From Vicugna vicugna (Eukaryota), in assembly GCA_013265495.1 (NCBI GenBank), contig MU058669.1, forward strand, positions 976,234 through 1,040,233: a DNA stretch of 64,000 bases. The letters run 5' to 3'. Under the pieces are notes generated by a model that searched no databases, was not told the origin of the DNA, and was given only the letters and a program-made list of their open reading frames with translations. This document shows, one piece after another, positions 1 through 12,245 of the stretch (within the stretch, counting starts at the first letter, position 1; every line of letters starts with the position of its first letter). The translations under genes and the position numbers were made by a program.

Positions 1-679
1 AAACTTAACATTTTTAAACTGTTCAGGCTTATCTTCCAAAAATAGTGTATCATGCACTTTAACAACTTTCCCTGCCAAGTAAAGGACTCCAAAGCTTTAT
101 GTGCTAAGTATGAAGACGTTAGGTGGGGCTCTTGCTCACTCCTGAAATCGTGTTATTTGGAATCCCAAGTGAATGCAGACACTGCAAACGCAGGGCCAGG
201 GTCTTTCCTGAAAGCCCCTTTTGCCCCCTCTTTAAATCCCTTTCCTTCTTCTCAAGAAGCTTATGCCTCAGCTTCCAGAGCCATGGCCTCATTTAACATG
301 TTGTAAAGGAAAGTGCGCGAAGCATCAGGTTCCTAGGCTGGCGAATTTTTATTTTTATGTCTTCATTGACATAGTTTAACCTTTGCTTTTGGCAGCTAAC
401 CTCCTGTTCAAATAAAATGAAGAGAAGGAGGTGGGGCGGGGAACTGGAACAAGATCTTGGTTGGAATGATTCTGCTGGTGGAAAAGCATCCTTTCAGCCA
501 TTCTTCCCAATGCATTCTATTAAGTTCTACAAGTCTGCATGATATTACTTCCTACATGTGAGGGGACTGCAAAGGTGCTGCATATACCCCCGATTATGCT
601 TATGATGGAAATAAAAGCCAAGTCTATTATGCCAAAAGATGGACTCAAATCATCCAGTTTTTCTAGAGAGGATTTCCAA

Positions 680-885
680 GTACAGACTTCTAGTCTGGAC
701 TGTATCACTTACTGTGTGATCCCAGGCACACATGACACACAGTCCTTAGACTCCCAGGGTTTCGGTTTCCAGGACTGGGAAGTGGGAATAATAATAGTAC
801 TTCCTTACAGAGTTGTGCAGAGGATCAGATGAGATCATACGTTTAAAGTGCCTGGCATATACTGATTGGTCAATACATGGGAATA
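680..885 (+). mobile_element. MIR SINE
   Basis: cacttactgtgtgatcc...gggaataataatagtac...gttgtgcagaggatcagatgagat...aaagtgcctggcata. Confidence 0.7.
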
Positions 886-1349
886 TTATTACTCTGACAA
901 CTGTAACTACTACTTCTACCACTATTCCTACATTTCTGCCAACTGATCTTCCATTTTCTGCTTACATACCTCTAGTAACAGGGAGCTCAGTACCTAATGA
1001 GGCAATGGATCATTTGGCTGAATATTAAAAAATGTCTTCCTTGGGCATAAGTGAACTTCGTCTCTGTGGTTTGTAATATCTTCCTTGAGCTCATCAGGCT
1101 ATCCAGAGAATCTGCTGTGTACCCAGAACTGTGTTAACATTTGGTTGGGGAGATACAGAAGGAAAAAGACATGATCCAAGCCTTGGAGAAGTTCAGAGAC
1201 AGTCTTTAGAGATATGATGAATACACAGAAAGCAGCCCCTGCCTTGGTTGACTGAGCCCCAAAAGATTCCTCAAAGAGGAGACCCCCAGGCAGGACCATG
1301 GCCTATGTGCCCTGCATGATTTGTCCCCTGCTGACCCTATTTTAGCCTC

Positions 1350-1760
1350 CTTTCTATTTCTTGAATCTTCCCAATGGAGACCCACCTAAGAACTTTTGCA
1401 CCTAAAGTTCTCTCTGCTTAGAATGTGCTTCCTTAATATTATTTATTCCGGGACCAGTTATATGCTTTCATTTCCATCCCAGGTCAAATATCCCATCCTC
1501 CGACAGGCCCTCTCTGAGCATCCTAATTAAAGGATCCGTACCTGCCCAGCAAGTCTCCATCACATCATCAAGTCTTATTTTCTTCTTGCTCCTTATTATG
1601 CTCTGAAATTATCTCCATCATTTACCTATTGACTCAATTATCACATGCTTCTTCTCAGTCCAAATAAGATCAATGATTTTGTCTTATCACCCCATTGCAT
1701 CCCCACCTCCTGATATAGTACCTGGTACATCAGGGGTGCTCAGTACATATTTGCTGAATA
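1350..1760 (+). mobile_element. L2 3' end
   Basis: Ends tagtacctggtacatcaggggtgctcagtacatatttgctgaat, the L2 terminal motif. Confidence 0.7.
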
Positions 1761-2329
1761 TTCCTTGAAAGGGTTGAGAGACTAGACTGAATCCCTTCCA
1801 AGCCCAGATGCATCATCCAGTCTCCATCTCTCATGCACAGAGCCTTTTCTGCCCTGGAGGATGGCTCCTCCCCAGAGGGGCTTCCCCTCTGGAGCAGCGG
1901 GAAATGGAGCATCGCTGTCTGAATGCAAGGCCACCGAGGCTGGGCCACTAAGCAAATTGTTTTTGATCCCATATGGCACCTGAAAGCTAGATAGGTTGTA
2001 TTCGCACCGTTGAAACTGTCCACCGCCTGGCAATGAATTAGTTGTTACCAGAGGTAGCGATGCTCACAATCCAATTTGCGATCGGCAGGGCTTACAGCTG
2101 CTTCTCATTTTCATAATGTAAGGGAGGAGAAACCAAGAAAACACGAGACCTCGTGCAGGGCAAGACACCAAGAATGGAGGCAGCCGAGGCCACAAGGAGT
2201 CAGATTTAGTTCTGAGCCACACAAAACTTGGAGAGCAAGCTGTAGTGTGGCTAAGAATTTCTTTTCCATCCATAGAGATATTTCAAGTTCATCCCCCAAA
2301 TTTTGACATGTGTCACAGGGCGGTGTCTC

Positions 2330-2560
2330 TTAGTGGTTAAATGCAGGTGAATCAGACAGGGCTGGGCTCCAATCCTGACTCAACCGTATTAGCTGCGTGA
2401 TCTTAAACAGCTACTTAACCTCTCTGTGCCTTAGTGTCTTCACCTATAAGATGGGCATAATGACAGTAACCACCTCCTAGGGCTGCTGGAAGAATGGGCT
2501 GACACAACATAGAAGACAGTCCACAGAGCCAAGCGATCCACGAGTGCTTATGCTATTAGA
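2330..2560 (+). mobile_element. MIR SINE
   Basis: tagtggttaa...tcagacagggctgggctccaatcctgactc...tagctgcgtgatctt...acttaacctctctgtgccttagt...atgggcataatgacagta. Confidence 0.8.
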
Positions 2561-3997
2561 GTTGTTGCTGGGACAACTATTTTTACTATTAGTATTATCA
2601 TCATCATTATCATTATTATCAACAGCAGTTTGGCTTCACAACATCCTGTGAGGTGGGCAGAGCAGAGGTTACTAATCCAATTTGAAAGTGAGGGAACCAG
2701 GAAGTGAGGCTCAGAAAGGAAAATGAGTTGCCCAAGGTAACCCAGAAGAGGGTCTGAATGCATGAATTCCAGAAAGCTGCTCTCATCACACAAATATCAC
2801 CTCCAAGCAAAGCAGAAGGTTTGGGAGTTTGTGCTCTGCCCAAAGCCTCAGGATGTCCCGCCACCCCGAGGCCAGGCTCAAATGACAACAATCCTTAGGG
2901 CTGGTGAACATTCCTAAGTGCCTCTTGGGGACTCTGAGCCGGCCAGCCTACACGTGTCCCCTCCCTTGCAGTGCCTGGCCCTGACTGTCAGTGTCTGGGT
3001 ATTCTTACGTGTTCTTCCTCATCTGCTTTGTAAAAGCTGCCCTCAAAGGTGTTTCTAATGCTTGTCATGAATACCTTGATGTGACGAGGTCAACTCGTCT
3101 TTTCCCAGGGCTGTGAAACTTAAAGTTTCACCTCTCCTTTTGAGGAAGGATTTGAAGCAAGATTGAGCAACAGGGCTGAGGTAGCTCATGAGATGACAGG
3201 CGCCCCTTCCTAGAGGCCTGGCCTCCCAGGCGACGGGGAGTCCTGGAGCAAAGATGTGAAACTGAGTCCTGGAGGGAGGAGCCCAGGAGTTTGAGGTCCA
3301 CAGGTAGTTCTGCTGTAAAAGACCATCATTTGTGTCTGCCCTCCCTCGCACCTCTGTGAGAACTGGCATTCTGGAAAGGTGCTCCTCAAAGGGACAGCCT
3401 TGTCCGACAATTCAAGACTGGCTGGTAATTCACCCCCAGGACTGCAAGCACAGATGCCTCTTATTGTGAGGCAGAAATGGAATAAAGACGACTCAGTCGA
3501 AACAAACAACAATTCTCATTAACACAAAATAGGCAAACATGACCCTAATGAGAAAATCTGCTGTCATTGTTTCTGTTGGCAGAAGATCAGCCGTCTCCAG
3601 TGTTCCAGGCAGTACGCGACTCATCAGGTTCTTGAGGTAGGGGAGACTCCTTCATTCTCTGACATCTGCTCTGGGGACCAACCTACACAAGGTCGCATAG
3701 CTGTTAAGGGGAGGAGGGATGATTCAAACCAGTTGGCGGCAGTGGGGTGGATGTCAGCTGATGAAGAGACTGGGCCAGGGGCAAGTGAGACCAGACCTGC
3801 AGAAGGACGGGAGGAGAGGGGGGTAGAGAGGAGAAGGTAGATGAGGGGGGCGCCTTCGCTGGACGGATGTGGTGTCTGTACTACGTGAGGAGATCCTGGA
3901 TGAGGGCCAAGTTTGGAAAATGGCCCCCCAAACTGCAGCTAACAGTCGGGAACCACAGGAACAGACTGTTGCTGGAAAGAGAAGGGGACATTTAGCC

Positions 3998-4184
3998 CAG
4001 TGGTTGTCAACAGGTGGTGCCTGGACCAGCAAAATCAGCATCATTTGGAAGAGGTTAGAGATGCAGATATTTGTCTCCACCCCAAACCTATCAAGTCAGA
4101 AACTCTGCAGTTGGGCCCATCAAAGCCACGTGTTTACCAACTCCATCAGTGAGTCTGATGCACGTGGGAGTTGGAGAACCTCAG
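3998..4184 (+). mobile_element. MER5A-like hAT element
   Basis: cagtggttgtcaa...ggaccagcaaaatcagcatca...tcagaaactctg...tctgatgcacg...gagaacc; tttagcc occurs on both flanks. Confidence 0.8.
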
Positions 4185-5829
4185 TTTAGCCCTCTAAGCC
4201 TGCACCCCAGATGTTGGGGTTATGATATTGGGGTTGCAGATGTTCAGAGGCTGGGAAGCAGGACAGCACTGGTGTAAAAGCTCAAACAGCCTCTGTGTCA
4301 CAGATTCACTATTTATACACGAGGGGGCACAGGTCATGATTTAAGGGAAGAAAGGGAACAATCCCGAGCAACCACTAAGTGCTAGCCTCTCTTCTAGCCC
4401 CTTCCCTGCATTGGTTCACCCTCTGCGGTAGTATTACTGTCTTCCCTCTTTGCAGATGAGGAAACTGAGGCTTTTAAAGCTTAGTTTAGAGTCACGAAGT
4501 CGATAAGTGGCTGAGCCCAGAGTGAGTATCAGCTATGCATGAGTCTAAAGCAGCTGACCTTTCTGCTTTGCTACACCCAGCATCCATTCACTCTCTCTGG
4601 TTTCACTGTGATCCTAGGCAAATTAGATCTGTATATAGATTAAGAAATGATGTGAAAGATCCTTTTAATGCATGCATGCCACACACATCCAGGTCACCTG
4701 CACACAAACTTATATACACTGTATCACCAGTCATAATAACAGTCCTGCTGAGGTGAATTCTCCGAGTTCCCTCCCATTAGGTTTTGTAGATCAGAAAAGA
4801 TTTAAAGGCATTTCAGGGACTGACACAGGATGTTAATTTTTTATATTTTCATGTAACGGTATTTTGAAACAAAACAAAACATCCTGCAATCTACCACCAT
4901 CCTATTTCATAACAGAAAAGACACTTGAACAACAAAAAAGAAAAAACACATTATCTCAGAATAAAGGAGCCCCATAAAATATACATTTTGCATCACTATG
5001 TTGGCCTCATTTTTCTGATTTACTGCAGTCACAAAAATATTTCTTATAATGCAGTGATTTGTAAACATGGCTCCACAGATTGGGGCCAGTATGGGAGATT
5101 TCCTAACCCAACCACATTTGGGGAGCAATTACAGTATAATTTACAGAACAACTTAGCAATTATCTTATTGATCCTCTCAATCGCAGGGCAGAAATTAGTA
5201 ACCCTATGGTACGAATAAAGAAACAGTAGCAGGTTTAGGAACCAAGGGACCTTTTTAGCGTAGGACATCCCCACTCTTTAATCTCCTCAGGACTGGCTTT
5301 GTTTCATAGTGTTGAGTGACTGTTGCTAAAAAGCTAATAGGGCAGGTGGCTTCCATCCTGGCCGTTCAGTACCTCAATCACAACTAACAAAGTTTCATCC
5401 ATCAAAATGCCAGTTGTGTACCCGAGGAGACTCTTTAATTTACGGAGCTGTTCTCCAGCCAGACCAGGGAAGGAGCGGAGAGGATACTATCCGGAGAATG
5501 CCATGCCTGGCTCCTACCACTAACTAGGGAGAGCATTGTGGTTTGGATTCCAGCTAAAGGGAGAATCACAGTGCACAGTTTATAAAATGGCATTGACAGA
5601 TTCCCCCATTATCATACAAAACCTGTTTCCACTCCACTGTACAAAACCTGTTTCAGGTTTGAGACAAAGAGGAAAGGGAGCGACATGTGTCCCCCAAGCT
5701 TTACCATCTCACTGAGGGGAAGCCAGCTTGATTCTATACAAGGAACCCTCTCAACAGCCCATGTATATTTCATGCAATGAAATATCAGAAGGGACCACTG
5801 CCCAGCACTTAGCCAGTGAAAAAACTAGA

Positions 5830-6050
5830 CTGGGGTTTCTCAGTCTCTGCACTATTGACAGTTTGCACAAGATAATTTTTTGTTGTAGGGGTTTGTCCTG
5901 CACATTATAGGATGTTTAGCAGCATCCATTGTTTCTACCTAGATGCCAGTAGTCCCTCAGAGTTGTGACAACCAAAAACGTCTTCAGACATTGCCACATT
6001 TCTCCTGGGGAGGGGAAGGAGGCAAAGTCACTCCCAGTTGAGAACCATTG
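5830..6050 (-). mobile_element. MER20 (hAT-Charlie DNA transposon)
   Basis: gtttctcagtctctgcactattgaca...gttgtgacaaccaaaaacgtcttcagacattgcca...cagttgagaaccattg. Confidence 0.85.
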
Positions 6051-6799
6051 CATTAAACTGAAAAGCAAGAAGGAAAAGGTAAATTATTTTGGCAGTTGGA
6101 TGAGTTGGCTCTTCTTGTGTGTAAGCATTGTGTACACTTCCAATGAACTGCTAAGCTCTGGAATTCAGTAGGTGATGTATGTCCCATGGGCTGTACCTCA
6201 GTTAAGTAAATAGTTGAATCCTTAAGAGATCCTGAACTGACATTGCTAAGACTGAATGTGTCTGTTCACTATTTATCCAGGAACTGCCAAAAGATAGCAA
6301 ATATTTCCCCTGGACTTCTATCAACTCTCAGACAGGCTTAATGGGTGATCTTTGACTTTGAGAACAAGGCTTTCCTCCAGAGACCCATAGGATCTTGCAT
6401 CGCAGGCCCACTGGAGTTGCAGTCAGGAAATTGTATGGTTCACTCCACCAACACAGGTTGTTGGCCACTACTGTAAAGAGCCCTGAGCTGGACGCTAAAC
6501 AGAAGGCACTGGGTATAAAAATAAAACCAGGTATTGTCAGAGAAGCTTACTCTAAAGATTCATCACTGTCTTCACTTCAAACCTAGGGCCCCTTAGAAAA
6601 GCACACACTATGCATGTTAAAGAGACAGAGATTAGTTCAATTCTAGTGACTTGAGCTTTAGAAATACTCTGGGCTAGAATTAAATAAATTAGCTAAGCAG
6701 AGAAGCTAGTCCAGAAGGACCAGCCCTTCCAGATGGGTTGCCTTGCAGAGACTTAGTTGGAAGTGTTTGTGTCCAGTCAAGAGGGACAATCCCAACATA

Positions 6800-6977
6800 A
6801 GGTTTCTCAAAGCCCAATTTCTAGACCCCAGCATCACTATCATTTAGGAAGCTTGTTATAATGCGGATTTTTAGACCCTAGGTCTAAACTTTTGATTCAG
6901 TAAGTCTAAATTCCAATGATCAACATTTTAAAATATCTTCCTTCCTTCTTCTACATACTTAAGTTTGAGAACCATTG
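6800..6977. mobile_element. MER5-family fragment
   Basis: ggtttctcaaag...gcatcactatcatttaggaagcttgtta...aagtttgagaaccattg. Confidence 0.6.
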
Positions 6978-8109
6978 TGTAAGACTTCTCTAAAGAACAT
7001 TTACTTTTCAAAGCTCCCTGTCCTCAAGAAACTTAGAGTTTGGGGGGAAAACTAGCATGTGGTAGGAGTTGTTGGTTAATAATCATCATTTATTCATTTA
7101 ATAAATAGTCATTGATATTAAATAGTGATGAGTAGTCACATAGCCTATTATGTGTCAGGTACTGTTCTGGGTACCAGGGAATCAGCAATAAATGAGGATG
7201 GTCCCACCATACACTGGGCATCACAACTTGTGTTTACTTCTCTCCTCATAGCATCCTTGTGAGGTAGTTACAGTCACGTCCGTGTTGCTGAAAAGAAGCA
7301 GGAAGCTCAGGGAATTAGCTGACCTGCACAAGGTGTGAAGGCCAGTAAATGACAGTCCTGGAATTTAGCACAGCCTCTGTCTTATGCCACACTCTGTGTT
7401 CTTGTCACAATAGCCACGTGAGCCATAGAAAGATAAAAGACAAAAAACGTTCAAAACAGTCTGAGTTCAGTGCCAAATGAGTGATACAGCTTCTGAATAC
7501 TGAGGCTGCTCAGCCCTGAATGAAATGATGGCAGGCTGTGGTGGAGGAGGAGGCTTCTTGGAGAAAGTGGAAAACTGTATCATAGAGAATACAGGAATTT
7601 AGAAAGGGAAGAAATATTTGAGGAGGGGAATTGTACAAGGAGGACTGGGGTCCATCAAAGTGTAAGGTAGGAATGTGCAAGACTAATTTGGGGAATTCAG
7701 AATAGATCCTTCCAACCAGAGCAAAGCTAAAGTGTTAGGAATGGGAGAGAAGATGCCCAAGTAGATTGGCACCAGATGACAGAGTGCCTTCTGATATTAC
7801 GCTTGGGCATGTGAATCGCACCCACTGAGACAATGAAGAATCACTGAGAGATGATGGGATGAGCAGGAGATTTGGAGAACAAAATGGAGCAGGTGGTCTG
7901 CAAAACAGATCCCTGGGGGAGAGAGAGACCCACGAACAAGAGATTAGAGTGGAAGATATTCACATGGGAGAGTTACGGCAGGAGGCAGTTCATGAATGAG
8001 AGTTAACACCTAACATTTAAGGAGCTTTTACTGTGTTGTAGGCCCTGTTCTTAGTCATTTACATGTTAATTACATGGATGGCAACTTGATGGTTAACTTG
8101 ATCCTCAAC

Positions 8110-8500
8110 GGTCCCCTCTGAAATAACATTAGGGCTGTTTCTCAGTCCCCAGTTGTCCTTCTAGTCACATGGTGTAACTGCCCTTCCCCAGCCCCTGTTG
8201 AAGTTCAGCCCAGCCTGCGTACTGGCTTGGTCCAGTGACCTGTGAGTGGAGGCGCTGTCTGTGTGTCCTCTGAGATGAGGCTTTATGAGCCTGTGTGTTC
8301 CGTCACAGGTAGTTGATGGCAGCATGTCTTAGGAAGGAGCCTCTCTCGGTCTGGGTCCCTCAGTGAATCTGAGGAGCAATGCCCCTCTGCCACCCTGTGC
8401 TGGGCTTGTAGCATGAGTGAAAAGTAAATATCACATTATATTCATCCTTTGCAATGTGGGAGTTACTGTAGTATAACCTGGCCTGTTCTGACTGACACAC
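8110..8500 (+). mobile_element. MLT1-type LTR (old)
   Basis: Ends gcatgagtgaaaagtaaa...tgtagtataacctggcctgttctgactgacac, typical of MLT1 3' ends. Confidence 0.6.
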
Positions 8501-8664
8501 GAAGGCGATCTCAGTAATCAGACCACCTGAGTGCCTCCTTCCATCATTTACCAAGTGTGGTAAGTCACAACTTCTCTAGCCTCATTTACGTCATCTCCAA
8601 AATGGGAATAACCACTGTGGCCATCTCACTGCGACACTGTAAAAAACAGTAATAAAGTAACAAC

Positions 8665-8880
8665 AAGCCAACTTTACATGCTTTGTTACAGGCAGCAGCC
8701 TAAGCTTTATACGCGTATTATCTGATTTAGTCCTCATGGTAACTATTTTGCAAATGAGGAAGCTGAGGCAGAGACAGGATTCTGGCACTTGCTAGACATC
8801 ACATAGCTAATAAGTAGTGGGGCCGGGATTCCAGCCCAAGGTAACGCAATTCCAGAGTCCGTACGCTTATCTGCTGGCTA
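8665..8880 (-). mobile_element. MIR SINE
   Basis: attttgcaaatgaggaagctgaggcagaga...cacttgctagacatcacatagctaataagtag...ggattccagcccaag. Confidence 0.75.
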
Positions 8881-9923
8881 TCATGCAAACATTTACATCC
8901 CTGCACACGATAACAGGAGAGTTTTTGTGTTTTTTTTTTTTTTTTTTTTTTCTTTTTTTGTCATTTGTCATGGTAAGCACAGCGTCTGGGCTTCTGATTG
9001 TTTGAAGAACCTCGAAAGTATTTCCGTCCAGAAAAATCAATATATTGGCTCTGAAATACTCAAAGCAAACTGCAGTATCAAATTAATAAATATTTAAATG
9101 TCTGTAAAGCTTGTCATAATGTCAACTAGTCTACACCACCACTCAACTCATAAATCAGATTTAATGTGAGGCGTGGGTGCACTGTAATATCTTTGACACC
9201 GTGGGGGAGGCAGGACCTGTAAAAGTGCCAAGAGCCTAAAAACTGCCTTAAAATGACCCCCTGAATAGAATTCAATAAATATTAGCTACCATAGTACTTC
9301 CATTATTATCCTTAGCTTTGACCAACAGAGACTCAGCAGGGGCCATTCGAAATTCTGCAGTGAAGCAACAGTTGGTCCCTTGAGCCACTCCCAAATGGCT
9401 GCCAGCAGCTCACCAGCGAATCTGGTCCTTATCCACGCTCAGGGGATGGCAGCAAAACAAAAGCAAGCTTCTCTTTCCCTGGGGAGAACTAGTTCCCCTC
9501 AGCTACTGAGCCAGAGGTAGAAGTTACCGTGCCCTGAACACCTCCCCTCCACTGCCCCGGCAACTACCAGGTGGCTGGGAATGAAGTTAAATGCAATGCC
9601 CCTTTGGAACTGCAGCAAAAAATCAGAAGCCCTTGGAGTCTGCAGCTGCCTGATACCAAACGCTGCCTCCCAGTGTCTTCAGTCTCCGCTGCTTTCTGCA
9701 GTTTATGGTATATGTTAAATCACCGTGCACGAACCCTCTCCTGAAGGCTGACCCTGACTCGAACACGGACTCACCATCTAGGGTCTGCTGTTTAGTCTGC
9801 ACTAACATGGTAAATCAATAGAGCATCTCATATCTGGAACCACTATCCCTCCCAGAGGCCAAGCTCACTGCTTCTGATTCCATGCCCTTACTTTTATTCA
9901 CTTTGGATTCCACCTAGTTCATC

Positions 9924-10100
9924 TTTTTTTTTTTTAACTTATTTAAAAAATTTTTTACTTTGTTTTTTAATTTTTATTTTTTAATTTTTTATTGAAGTGT
10001 AGTTGATTTACAATGTTAGTTTCAGGTGTACAGCAAAGTGATTCAGTTATACATATACACACATATGTATTTTTTCGTCTCCGATCCTTTTGTATTATAT
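9924..10100 (-). mobile_element. Short L1 3' end
   Basis: Long T-rich tail then ttattgaagtgtagttgatttacaatgttagtttcaggtgtacagc. Degenerate TSD cacctagttcatc (9911-9923) / caccagtttcatc (10101-10113). Confidence 0.8.
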
Positions 10101-10833
10101 CACCAGTTTCATCATTGTGACTTACGTCTTCAGAGTCTTTATAATTTTCTCAATTGATTTGAAACTCTGATACTGTGATTTAATAGTAATAGGTCTTAGG
10201 ATCAGACAGATCTGAATTCAAACCCTTGGTCTACCACTTTGAGGGGTGACTAAGTAATTAAGGGGTAACATTGTTCTCCTGTTCTTATCGTTTATAAATT
10301 GGGGTCCAAACCAATACCCGCTTAAAAGAGATGCTTTGAGAATTAAATCAAATAAGCCAATGAAAGTGAGCAGGACACCTAATTGTTCAGCGGATGTTAG
10401 ACATTAATATAATTATTGTACTATTACTAATCCTCACATTTGATTTTCAAAGGCCCCCGAGAAGCAGGCAAATCAGGAATCCTAGAGGACTGGACATGTA
10501 GGGAGGCTTGCCCAGAGTCACGTTTGTCAGGGTCAGAACTACAGGGCTTCTGGCATTAGATCTCAAAAGTTCCCATCCTTTAATCCTCCCTCTGCCTGGG
10601 CACACACACCTTCCCTATCCCACTTTGGTATTCATGCACTCCCCCGCCCTGTGAAGACAAATTTGATGGAGTCCTCATTCACTGCCACAACCTTCACAGC
10701 TGACCGGTGCTGTGTCTTTGACCAGAAACAACAATCCACACTCACAGAGCTTGGGCTGAAATTTGAGTTACTAGAGGAAAAGCCTGGACTCTCCTCTAAC
10801 TGATTATCCAGAAAAAGCAAGTCATTCAGTGGG

Positions 10834-11026
10834 CAATGGTTCTCAAACTTCAGCACGTATCACCATAATCATCTAGGGGGCTTGTTAGAACAGATATCTG
10901 AGCCCCAGCCCCAGGAGTTCTGATTCAAGAGGTCTGGGGTGGGGGTCTGAGAATTGTCATTTCTAACAACTTGCGAGGTGACAAAGTCGCTGCTTGTCCG
11001 GGAGAGTCACACTTTGAGAATCTCTG
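10834..11026 (-). mobile_element. MER5A-like hAT element
   Basis: caatggttctcaaacttcagc...gagttctgattca..ggtctggggtgggg...cactttgagaatctctg. Confidence 0.8.
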
Positions 11027-11029
11027 GCC

Positions 11030-11290
11030 TAGTGCTTCAGAGCAGAGGCTCTGGAATGGAGCTAAGGTGCCAGGTTGAAATCTTAGCCGCTTACCAGCTG
11101 TCACCAGGGGCAAGTTACTTGAACCCCTCTGAGTCTCCATTTCTGCATCTGTCAAATGGGTTGTTACATGGTTTAAATGTGATAATACTAACATAGAGGG
11201 TTATTGTGATGGTTAAATGAAAAAAAAAAAACAACCCTGCAAAATAGTTTGCACAGTGTTGAGCACATATTCTGCATTCAAGGCTAACCA
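11030..11290 (+). mobile_element. MIR SINE
   Basis: ggctctgga...cttaccagctgtcaccaggggcaagttacttgaacccctctgagtctccatttctgcatctgtcaaatggg. Confidence 0.75.
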
Positions 11291-11472
11291 CTACGGTCAT
11301 CATGATTATGCATGTATGTATTAATGTACTTCTCATCCTGAAAACTATTGCCATCTCAGTTCCCCTCATTAGACTGAGAGCAGCTTCAGAGCAGTAGTCC
11401 TGGCTTGTTCGTTTCTGTATCCCCAGGGCTGAACTTGATACCAGACACAAAGGAAGAACACACTGTAGAAAC

Positions 11473-12245
11473 TCATTCATTCACTCAATTATTTATTCCT
11501 CCAACTGATAAATGTGTTTACTCTGTGCCAGGTCCATGCTAGACTCTGGGGGGATACAATGAACAAGAAGCAGCAGACCCTGTTTTCCTGGAGTTTGCAT
11601 TGAGCAGGTGAGAGAGAGATTAAGTAATATAATAGGCAGAAGAGTTACTAATTATGAAAAATACTTTGAAAGAATAAAAAGTACTGAAGTAGAGGGCAAT
11701 TAGGGATTTCCTTTAGGTAAAGTGTTCAGGAAAATTCTCTCTGAGGAAGTGAGCTGAGACCTGAATAATGAGATAGGACAAACCTCAATGAGATCTAAGA
11801 GATGGGAGCAGTCAGTGCAAAGGCCCTGAGACAGGAAGCAGCTTGACCTGTTCAAAGGAGAAAAGAAAGGCCCTGAGGAATGGATTCTAGTTCCACAAAT
11901 GAGGGATAAGAGGTGAAGTGTGAAGGTTCATGGAAGGCCTTGGAGACCTAGGTACAGAGCTGTCATTTTTTTTTAAAGCAGTATGACATGTTTAGCATAA
12001 TACTTTTAAAAGGTCATATTAGCCTGTGGGTAGTGCATAGCCTGGAAGCAAGGTGGCAATAAGACAAGTTGGGAGGTTAATACAGGGACATGGGGAAAAG
12101 ACTGTGCTGGTATGAAGTATGAGGTCACATGGAGATAGGGGAAAAAAAAACATGTTTGAATTCGAAGTATATTATGTAGTTAGTACTGAAAGACATGCTG
12201 ATGAACTAGATGTGGAGGTACAGGAAAAAGGAACAGAGGACCACG
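11473..12245 (-). mobile_element. L2 fragment
   Basis: Starts cattcattcactcaattatttattc...tactctgtgccagg; later tctctgaggaagtgagctgagacctgaa...cagtgcaaaggccctgag. Confidence 0.75.

Noticed and set aside
2330..2770. Adjacent oppositely oriented MIRs as a dsRNA/editing substrate
   Set aside because: The copies are too diverged for extended pairing, and such pairs are common at this MIR density.
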